In this document: in pieces, positions 57,194 to 64,000 of the stretch
Layout of the letters: each line of letters begins with the position of its first letter
How positions within the stretch are numbered: the stretch's first letter is position 1
Position numbers and translations under genes: made by a program
The notes under the pieces: generated by a model
Told to the model about the DNA's origin: nothing
The model's database searches: none
Seen by the model: only the letters and a program-made list of their open reading frames with translations
DNA from: a virus
Virus record (IMG/VR): IMGVR_UViG_3300034418_006779
Span: 32,001 to 96,000 of that record
Length of the DNA: 64,000 nucleotides
Direction: 5' to 3' (one strand)

Positions 57194-57424
57194 TTATACT
57201 CTACGTCCAACATCAAGTCGAGCGTAGCGTCTTGAAGCCAATGAATGGCCTCGACCTTGCGAAATCATAGAATTATAATCCCCTCTACGAGGATCTGACT
57301 TTCTCCAATAAGTATTGGATCGTTCTTTACTTTTAGCTCTGCCAATCAGCGCCAACGTAGTGAGAATAAGTGCCATGGAAAGTACATAGTTTCCAGGCAT
57401 TCCGAATATTGTGAATAATAACAT
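57194..57424 (-). CDS. small membrane protein
   Basis: Hydrophobic N-terminal half. Confidence 0.55.
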   Translation of the reverse strand: MLLFTIFGMPGNYVLSMALILTTLALIGRAKSKERSNTYWRKSDPRRGDYNSMISQGRGHSLASRRYARLDVGRRV

Positions 57425-57542
57425 GGTTTCGATCTTTTGTGGTTAAAAGATAAAGGGGCCGTCTCATCGAGACGTACCCCAGTACCTTGCGCGTTAAACA
57501 TCAGAAGTAAGATTCCGGGGGTTGGATAGCCACGCTGTCGGG

Positions 57543-57842
57543 CTATTCGGGAGCGTCATCGAACTCCGCGCTTCCGTAAAGTATTCGAGACATGAATGGT
57601 TTTACGGATCTTTCCTCTTCTTCGTTCTGTTCTTGCACGTATATGTCGTTTTCGGAAGGAGTGATGCTATCACCACCTAACAGCCAGATACCGACTAACA
57701 TTGATATACTACCGAGGGCGGAAAACAATGATGGTCCGCCAGTCATGATATCGTTCATTATGAATTTTAAGCGATCTGGGAAAATTAGGCTAGCGGCAAT
57801 AGTTGCCATTACCAATCCTATTCCGATTAATTTCCTTTTCAT
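57543..57842 (-). CDS. small two-TM membrane protein
   Basis: Two hydrophobic segments and an acidic tail. Confidence 0.7.
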   Translation of the reverse strand: MKRKLIGIGLVMATIAASLIFPDRLKFIMNDIMTGGPSLFSALGSISMLVGIWLLGGDSITPSENDIYVQEQNEEEERSVKPFMSRILYGSAEFDDAPE

Positions 57843-57852
57843 GGATTATTAG

Positions 57853-58283
57853 CTAAGGTGCTCTTGTCATGATCAGATATTATCTGCATGAAATCTCAAA
57901 GAAATAATTTCTGGAATCTATCCTTGATAGATCCTCCAAGTAGTCTCAGTGGACTACACTCTTATAGTAATTCGAATAAGCGGCCTCCTACCAACTTTCG
58001 TTTTCAAAGGGAGGGAACTTAGCGCCCTAACGGGCATAGACGCCTGTACACAAGCCATCTCTCTGTCTACGTCCTTACTAGATTTCACCTAGTAGGACTT
58101 ATATCAAATTACCAAGAATACGTTCGCGCATCTTACCATAACAGTGTACTTAATCTCAGCCTTTGGACAGCTATATTGATAAGTTCTTATCATGGGGATA
58201 CTGGGGGTGTTTTTGAATCGTCTTTTGTTCGTGAAAGATAAATTAAAGGGTAAGAACGGCCTCTTATCTGAATGGACCAGCTC
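57853..58283 (-). ncRNA. candidate large structured non-coding RNA
   Basis: ~430 nt without a convincing ORF and containing at least 6 hairpins. Confidence 0.4.
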
Positions 58284-58338
58284 TCAAAAACAAACATTAC
58301 AATGTGATACCGGGCTAAGGTAAGAAAAGACGTGTATC

Positions 58339-58947
58339 TTAAGCGGCTGACCGCTTAGTATTCTTTTTTTTGACCCAACAATTGTTGTTAGGGTCGAAGG
58401 TGTGCAAAGCATTACCAATGGATGCTCTGACTGGATGGGAATCCAGCTTAGAGATTGATAATGCAATAGTTTTTGGTATGGAAAAATTCGCCATTGTCAT
58501 TTTTGTGCGGTTAATTGAAAACAGGTTAGGACTAACCCCCTCAGTGATTACCGCCATACCTTTTGCGTCGAAGAACTGGGTTCGTCGTGCATTGGGTAAG
58601 AAACCAAATTTGTGAAACTCAGAAATGAGAATCGACATTTTGGTGCTCCCGTTTGGAGTACAAAACATTTGAATCCGATCTCTATGAAATCGAAAGTTTG
58701 CTGAGCAATTTGGGAAAATTATCTCATTCTCTCCTACAAAATGGTATTGCGGAGGCTCCTCCATTGCTTTGTCATTATACATAACGTGCACTGGAAAATT
58801 GTTGACTATCAAGTCAAACATTCCGTTCGGGGCACTCACCTCAGAATTGAGGGTCCCCGAGATGTAATTTAGCGATATCATCGTTTGTCCATTCGGGTTC
58901 GTCGTTGAATAATGATACGAGAGATGGTTTGTTATTCCCATTCTCAA
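58339..58947 (-). CDS. hypothetical protein (ends RSAA)
   Basis: ORF; start uncertain (ATG 58941 or 58881). Confidence 0.7.
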   Translation of the reverse strand: MRMGITNHLSYHYSTTNPNGQTMISLNYISGTLNSEVSAPNGMFDLIVNNFPVHVMYNDKAMEEPPQYHFVGENEIIFPNCSANFRFHRDRIQMFCTPNGSTKMSILISEFHKFGFLPNARRTQFFDAKGMAVITEGVSPNLFSINRTKMTMANFSIPKTIALSISKLDSHPVRASIGNALHTFDPNNNCWVKKKNTKRSAA

Positions 58948-59491
58948 GTATCGAGATGAATTTTCTTTGCTTCAACCTGTTCAGCTCCTCTTTAACAACT
59001 CTCTTAGGTTGAGGCAAAAGCGTATACCGAAAGAGTTCGACAAAAATATCAGATGATATTTTTTGCTGGTACTCACTTCGATCATGAATCATAGCGACAT
59101 TATTAAGTACATTAATAATCGCTGCCCGCGCACTATCTGTATCTATCACAACTGTTTTATTTCTGACATTAGGAAGTTGTACACGAACGTACTCAATTTC
59201 CTTTTTTGTCAAACACATGATATCTACAGTCTTCTCATCAATTAATCGTCCTGACCCATAAACATTTCCTTCAAACAAAGCAAGGGCCGCAAAGTTGACA
59301 CTTAATAAATAAGTCGCCAGCTCTTGCTTCGTTTGAACTTCCAATAAGGTCTTAATAAAAGGACTCTTTCTGATGATTCGGTATTTTTCTGGTTCCATGA
59401 AAAGATCGTAAGATCTTATGGATCCAAATGATCTCTTTACTCCTCTACGGAGAACAGGAATTTTGTGATCTACGATAAATTTATTCGCCAT
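58841..59491 (-). CDS. hypothetical protein with possible C-terminal wHTH
   Basis: PKRVVKEELNRLKQRKFISI. Confidence 0.7.
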   Translation of the reverse strand: MANKFIVDHKIPVLRRGVKRSFGSIRSYDLFMEPEKYRIIRKSPFIKTLLEVQTKQELATYLLSVNFAALALFEGNVYGSGRLIDEKTVDIMCLTKKEIEYVRVQLPNVRNKTVVIDTDSARAAIINVLNNVAMIHDRSEYQQKISSDIFVELFRYTLLPQPKRVVKEELNRLKQRKFISILENGNNKPSLVSLFNDEPEWTNDDIAKLHLGDPQF

Positions 59492-60150
59492 GTCTTCTTT
59501 TTTGCTCCGCGTTGTACGGAATAGATTTGAGAAAAATAATGTTGAAATAAGCCATGTTCAATGAGATACGCAATCGCTGTAGGAGTACGCAAAATCTCAT
59601 GGGGAAACAAGGTGAACTTGTCATTCACATCTCGTACCCAGGTTTCAATTGGGTTGAGTCTGAACCAGCCGTGGTTGGGGTAACGCTTCTTAAGCGCTTC
59701 CATCTCTAACCCGGCCGATTTTTCAATGTACTCGATAGCCTCTAATCTTTTGATTCCTGTCTTCAAGAGACCTTCCTCATAAGCTAACAAACGGATGTTA
59801 GAGGCTATGTAAGAATTGTAAACTCCTAAGTAGAAGTCTATAGGCATTTTCCGAGGACTAAGCTTTACACTAATGTCTTTCGGTTCCAACGGGTATTGTT
59901 CCTCAAGAATCGTAGGATAACACTCTAAAATAGGAGTGTAAATTCCTGCTCCTTGTAGATTAAGAAAAGATCGAACAGTGCCGATAATTTTCTGGTTAAG
60001 TTCCTCGATGCTTTCAGCTTTCATGAACAAGTCATAGTGGTGAAGATCTTGGTTCTTTTCCAAAAAGTTGAACAGCATTGCGTAAGCATTATATAAATGC
60101 TCTTGTTTGAGATCAGCCAAATGACTGAGTACGCCTTCCTTTGTGATCAT
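59470..60150 (-). CDS. hypothetical protein
   Basis: 226-aa ORF. Confidence 0.75.
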   Translation of the reverse strand: MITKEGVLSHLADLKQEHLYNAYAMLFNFLEKNQDLHHYDLFMKAESIEELNQKIIGTVRSFLNLQGAGIYTPILECYPTILEEQYPLEPKDISVKLSPRKMPIDFYLGVYNSYIASNIRLLAYEEGLLKTGIKRLEAIEYIEKSAGLEMEALKKRYPNHGWFRLNPIETWVRDVNDKFTLFPHEILRTPTAIAYLIEHGLFQHYFSQIYSVQRGAKKKTWRINLS

Positions 60151-60177
60151 TGAAAATAAATTTGTTTGTTTAAAAAT

Positions 60178-60222
60178 GCTGGATGGAGAGGAATCGAACC
60201 TCTCTTAAGACCGTCCATCCAG
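60178..60222 (-). ncRNA. minimal tRNA-like element (acceptor stem plus T arm only)
   Basis: CUGGAUGG-ACGGUCUUAAG-AGAGG UUCGAUU CCUCU-CCAUCCAG. Confidence 0.6.
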
Positions 60223-60360
60223 TGTCGGGCACCATGCTTCCCTATTCAGGTTAGAATCATGGCCGGGGCGGTAACTGCGTCACCACTGTCTTGCACAATA
60301 GCTCTCCTTTCGGAGGGGAATCCAAAACTTTCTGTTCCCTAGACCCGTTGCCCTTGGTTG

Positions 60361-60663
60361 TTACATTGATTGTACAATTTTCTTTACGAATTCCTGTTGA
60401 TGTGGTTGAAGGGTTTCTAAATAAGTTTCCCATTGCGATTCAGAGACTTTTGATGGATTGACTAGTCTAGCCCAATCCAAAGTATCTGCTCCCGCAAAAA
60501 CTAAATCCCTTTCTTGTAACATAACAGGGTCGACCAGATAAAGATTTCCTAACAAGTGACTAAACGCAGTCATATTATGAGGATTCTCTGCACGATCTAA
60601 TGTTAGCAATCCGTTTATCAAATTAAACTTGATAAACTCTTGCTTTGAAAGAACTGCTTTCAT
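60361..60663 (-). CDS. hypothetical protein
   Basis: ATG 60663, 100 aa. Confidence 0.65.
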   Translation of the reverse strand: MKAVLSKQEFIKFNLINGLLTLDRAENPHNMTAFSHLLGNLYLVDPVMLQERDLVFAGADTLDWARLVNPSKVSESQWETYLETLQPHQQEFVKKIVQSM

Positions 60664-60852
60664 GGTTGTTGAATTTAACGTACTGTAAAAACGAATAGGG
60701 GCGATCATCGATCACGTCAGGAGATGAACCCGATAAGACACCCGTGTAGGTACCCTTCAGGTGTCTCAACCCTATTCATTAAATTACCCCTAAAGGTTCC
60801 GAGGAACACACCCCTCTACCAAGATGAAAACTATGGCGAGGGCAGTAGGGGT

Positions 60853-61566
60853 TTAAGGCATGACATAAATTTTATGCCACGTATCTTGTCGGAGCATCGC
60901 ATATAAGGTATTTGCTTGCAAGTAATCTGCATGCATTAACCCTTGTTGCGTGATCCGATACAGGTCAATTTGTGGAGTTTCCGGTTCAACTTCAGCGAAA
61001 GCTTGAGAGATGATTCTCCCGTCGAAATCGATTTCCCGAATCTCTACTAATCGACAATGAGGATTTGAAGTACTATACCCCATCTCTTGAGTTATAGCCT
61101 CGAATTCCCCATCAAGGTATATTTCGTAACATTCTCCTTCGAGTTCTCCGCCCCAGTTGAGATATATAAAGTTACCTCTCCTTTTGGCTTCAAGACTTGA
61201 TTTATTAATAGAGAACGCTGAACAATTTTGAGCATAGATTTGACTCAAATGGAATATAGCAATGCCTGTAGGTCCTCGCATCAAAGTAACCGAGAAGGTC
61301 ACAAATTGATTGGGAGCTGTAGCAAATTGAAATCTGTAAAGCTCTCGCTTTTGATTATCAATCGGTACATAGACATTGCCGAAGAACGCAGATTGGGCGA
61401 CGAGCGTATCGCCTACCTGAACCTGCGCTGTATCAACCTCAACCTGTATATATTGTACAGGGAGGCCATTTACGCAATCAGACCCCAACAGGGTGACTGA
61501 CTGAATCTGTGCTGACAACGGCACCAAGGCCAAAAGCAGCATGAATAGTAGCATTAGCTTCTTCAT
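60853..61566 (-). CDS. secreted protein with Ig/FnIII-like domain and T9SS-sorting-like C-terminus
   Basis: Signal MKKLMLLFMLLLALVPLSA|Q; SLEAKRRGNFIYLNW...YEI...EIREIDFDGRI; ends LYAML...HKIYVMP. Confidence 0.65.
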   Translation of the reverse strand: MKKLMLLFMLLLALVPLSAQIQSVTLLGSDCVNGLPVQYIQVEVDTAQVQVGDTLVAQSAFFGNVYVPIDNQKRELYRFQFATAPNQFVTFSVTLMRGPTGIAIFHLSQIYAQNCSAFSINKSSLEAKRRGNFIYLNWGGELEGECYEIYLDGEFEAITQEMGYSTSNPHCRLVEIREIDFDGRIISQAFAEVEPETPQIDLYRITQQGLMHADYLQANTLYAMLRQDTWHKIYVMP

Positions 61567-61783
61567 GACAGTACGTAATGGTTTTGTTGTTATTAATATG
61601 ACAGAAGATTGCATTAATGGTGGTCGCTGCTTCTTCTGCGGTAAGAAGTTTGATAGAATACCCAACGGTATCCATAAACAATCTGCGTATCTCAGCCTTT
61701 GTCAGAGCGAGTTCATACAGAAAATGGAGCGCTACGTCTTCGACGAAACACGCAATATTATCTTTCGTTTGCTTAGTATGCAT
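61478..61783 (-). CDS. hypothetical protein
   Basis: TGATG-coupled to the upstream gene. Confidence 0.55.
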   Translation of the reverse strand: MHTKQTKDNIACFVEDVALHFLYELALTKAEIRRLFMDTVGYSIKLLTAEEAATTINAIFCHINNNKTITYCHEEANATIHAAFGLGAVVSTDSVSHPVGV

Positions 61784-62109
61784 CAGTTATCACTATAAGA
61801 AAATGGAAAAGATGAGAATAAAGTCTGCTCAAGTGGGCCGGTTGCTAACATTCCTGGAAACGTAATCCTAGGAAATAAGAAAGGTTTTGGTTTATACTCT
61901 TTAAATAACAACCGTCTTTCGTACTCCATCTCCACACAATCTTTGGTGAATTTTTGAAGTGCTGGATGCATTGCGTCTACGCGTATACCGTATCTACGAT
62001 ATATAGTGTTATAATCACTGACCTCATACAACGGATTCGTAATTATCTCGTCCGCTGCCATCGGTGCGTAGACATTTATCACTTGTATAATAAATGCTGT
62101 ATTGAACAT
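61783..62109 (-). CDS. hypothetical protein
   Basis: TAATG-coupled to the upstream gene. Confidence 0.65.
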   Translation of the reverse strand: MFNTAFIIQVINVYAPMAADEIITNPLYEVSDYNTIYRRYGIRVDAMHPALQKFTKDCVEMEYERRLLFKEYKPKPFLFPRITFPGMLATGPLEQTLFSSFPFSYSDN

Positions 62110-62300
62110 TACTCTATATAATAATCATCTTTCTCATACTTGCCCATCACTCTGATGAACCATATGAACGAAAGAATGGTAGCTCCAAGAGGCCAGCGAA
62201 GTTGAATATCAAAGATATCAAATATGCTAGCAGCCAGGAGGGCGGCACTGAAAAGGAGTGCGGCCATACTAATAAAAAATTGAATGTCAGTTCTTTTCAT
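62109..62300 (-). CDS. small two-TM membrane protein
   Basis: 63 aa with two hydrophobic helices. Confidence 0.7.
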   Translation of the reverse strand: MKRTDIQFFISMAALLFSAALLAASIFDIFDIQLRWPLGATILSFIWFIRVMGKYEKDDYYIE

Positions 62301-62311
62301 GACTTAAGTGT

Positions 62312-62336
62312 TAAAGAGAAGGACCCCGAAGGGTCC
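62312..62336 (-). terminator. intrinsic terminator (cUUCGg)
   Basis: GGACCC-TTCG-GGGTCC-TTCTCTTT on the - strand. Confidence 0.7.
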
Positions 62337-62362
62337 AACTCAACATGGCGAAAAAAGGATTC

Positions 62363-62857
62363 TTAGAAGTTGCTTGGGTCAAAAGCAACATCGCGTGCGT
62401 GAGCACGAGTGTATTTCCGGATCATCATATAGATCTCACCGAGGTTACTATAAAATTTCTCTTGCTGAGATTCTTCAGCGAGAGGACCGGGGCGATCCAT
62501 ACCTATGATGGTGATACGGAAGGAGAATTCCTGCTTTGTAGGCTCGGGTACTCCAGGTACAAATACAATGATCTCAAGACCTTTGTTTGCGGCCTGGATT
62601 TCAGGGATAACAACGTCTTGCAAGAAATTGCGATATTGACTGTCATTCTCAAAAGGGTTTTCAATGAACGTCCCCTCGGGGTTCGAATCATTTCCTTTTG
62701 TCAGTCTGAGATGGTCCTTGAGGAGGACGGGTTTCTTAACTCCGAAACATGGTTTGCCTTCGAATCCAAAGCTGCCAAAGCGGCCTTTAAGGGACTCTCT
62801 GCGAATTTCGGTGTTAATAGCATTGTCTTGGTCGACGGGAATCACTTTTGATGTCAT
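62363..62857 (-). CDS. hypothetical protein
   Basis: ATG 62857 after an A-rich leader; terminator downstream. Confidence 0.7.
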   Translation of the reverse strand: MTSKVIPVDQDNAINTEIRRESLKGRFGSFGFEGKPCFGVKKPVLLKDHLRLTKGNDSNPEGTFIENPFENDSQYRNFLQDVVIPEIQAANKGLEIIVFVPGVPEPTKQEFSFRITIIGMDRPGPLAEESQQEKFYSNLGEIYMMIRKYTRAHARDVAFDPSNF

Positions 62858-62887
62858 GATTGAGAAAATTAAATTAATTAATAATGA

Positions 62888-62922
62888 TAAAAGATATAGG
62901 GTGGTCCGAATGACCACCCTAT
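62888..62922 (-). terminator. intrinsic terminator
   Basis: ATAGGGTGGTC-ATTCG-GACCACCCTAT-ATCTTTT on the - strand. Confidence 0.75.
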
Positions 62923-62941
62923 GTAAAAAAGAACTAAAATT

Positions 62942-63835
62942 TCATTTTGAAGCAATCCCATCTACTTTCTTTTGCCGATGTCTTTCGACGTTCAAAAGTA
63001 TTTGGTGAGCATATGTTTTGAGGAACTCTATTCCGAGCTCCTCACCTCTTGTTTCAAGTTCATCCATCACATCATCAGCAGCCCAGGCTTTTGCTGAGTC
63101 CATGACTGCTAATAGTTGTTCAGGAGTCGGGCGCTTTGTTGCCGCGAATGCAGAAGGGTACTTGCGCTGAACATGGGCTTCGATGTCGAATATGGTAACT
63201 TTACCATCTCTATCTTCATCAAGGCCAATGTTCTGCTTGTATGCTTTTGACGGAGACGCATATAACACATATGTGTTAAAATCCCTCCCCCACCTCTTTA
63301 CCCCAGGATGTTTTAATCGCTGAGCAGCGAAATAACTCTGAGCATTTAATGCCTTTGGGTATAGTACGGCGAGGTACGTATCTGTCAAATTTTCTAACGG
63401 TCTGTAACGTCGTTTAACAAGATCAAAATACTTATAAACATAATCCAATTGTTCTTCATGGGTCATCTCTTTAAGTCGTTTGGTCGTTGTTCCAAGTTCC
63501 TTCGCGGTCTTTGGCATCCACTGAATTAATCCAGTGGCACCACTACCTTTCAGGTTTTCTACATTCTTATCAAATTTAGACTCATTGTACATAACGGCCA
63601 TAAGCCATTCTGGTTGTACATCTAAATCTGTAGCAACATCTCGTACTTTATCAGAGAAACCGTCTGTGTCTAAGACAAAGTATGAAGCCTGCTCTATCAA
63701 ATAGAGTGGCTCCTCAAAGTGGGTTTTGAAACTTATGTTACCCAACCCTACAAGAAAAAGAACTGCGAGCAAGATACCAGAAACACGTCCTGTGAATCTG
63801 GTGGACACTGTTGTGTCAGTTGTTACAAGTTTCAT
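62942..63835 (-). CDS. membrane-anchored SLT-type lytic transglycosylase
   Basis: TM ILLAVLFLVGL; WLMAVMYNESKF...ATGLIQWMPKTA; EF-hand-like DEDRDGKVT. Confidence 0.88.
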   Translation of the reverse strand: MKLVTTDTTVSTRFTGRVSGILLAVLFLVGLGNISFKTHFEEPLYLIEQASYFVLDTDGFSDKVRDVATDLDVQPEWLMAVMYNESKFDKNVENLKGSGATGLIQWMPKTAKELGTTTKRLKEMTHEEQLDYVYKYFDLVKRRYRPLENLTDTYLAVLYPKALNAQSYFAAQRLKHPGVKRWGRDFNTYVLYASPSKAYKQNIGLDEDRDGKVTIFDIEAHVQRKYPSAFAATKRPTPEQLLAVMDSAKAWAADDVMDELETRGEELGIEFLKTYAHQILLNVERHRQKKVDGIASK

Positions 63836-63861
63836 AATAAATGAATTTTTAGTAAAAATAG

Positions 63862-63980
63862 AGCACGTGGTAGGATTCGAACCTACATCGTTCCCAACTA
63901 GGAAACTGAGAGACTATCAGCACCTAGCAACCTTACAGTCAGTTGAAGGGCGCTCTGGTTTCCGATTGAGCTACACGTGC
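63862..63980 (-). ncRNA. tRNA-like RNA with 64-nt structured insert replacing the anticodon/variable arms
   Basis: GCACGUG/CACGUGC acceptor, UA-GCUC...GAGC D arm, GUAGG UUCGAAU CCUAC T arm. No canonical 7-nt anticodon loop and no encoded CCA. Confidence 0.75.
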
Positions 63981-64000
63981 AGAAAAACCTTTATGCTAGC

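Noticed and set aside
56794-57270. 158-aa + strand ORF
   Set aside because: Antisense to the early block and overlapping structured RNA elements; likely open because of high GC.
62345-62851. 168-aa + strand ORF
   Set aside because: Shadow of the - strand gene 62363-62857, which has a proper leader and terminator.
63940-63955. UCA (opal/Sec) anticodon in CUUCAAC of the tRNA-like RNA
   Set aside because: No 5-bp stem can close that loop without breaking the D stem.
1-64000. Stop-codon reassignment, as in some crAss-like phages
   Set aside because: Very long ORFs are open in code 11, and TAA, TAG and TGA all end coupled genes; the polymerase breaks are explained by introns.

Overview
64 kb of a crAss-like (Crassvirales-type) phage genome with a probable Bacteroidota host, read in the standard genetic code. 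The + strand (1-33137) is late/virion: the end of a LamG/DUF2341-like tail protein, then a lysis cassette (spanin-like, holin, a PAS-domain protein, M15A endolysin). It continues with a PD-(D/E)XK nuclease, ring/IHF/tail-tube/muzzle genes, three ejected cargo proteins and a 6255-aa virion RNA polymerase polyprotein. A bidirectional terminator at ~33.2 kb separates this from the - strand early/middle block. That block holds a Holliday junction resolvase, UNG, primase, an SSB-like protein, an AAA ATPase, DnaB, an SF2 helicase and a family B DNA polymerase split by two group I introns, each encoding a GIY-YIG endonuclease (exons 51851-50884, 49953-49795, 48703-47965; 621 aa). The early region is rich in envelope-directed proteins and structured intergenic RNA. 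Best leads: (1) three different tRNA mimics with intact elbows but no anticodon; (2) a PAS sensor wedged between holin and endolysin; (3) a lambda-type GGGAAAG -1 frameshift candidate joining a membrane protein to a downstream ORF; (4) a phage protein resembling T9SS cargo; (5) nuclease, wHTH and zincin domains built into the virion RNAP; (6) ssrA-like -AA C-termini on several early proteins. All family calls are by motif recognition; no searches were run.
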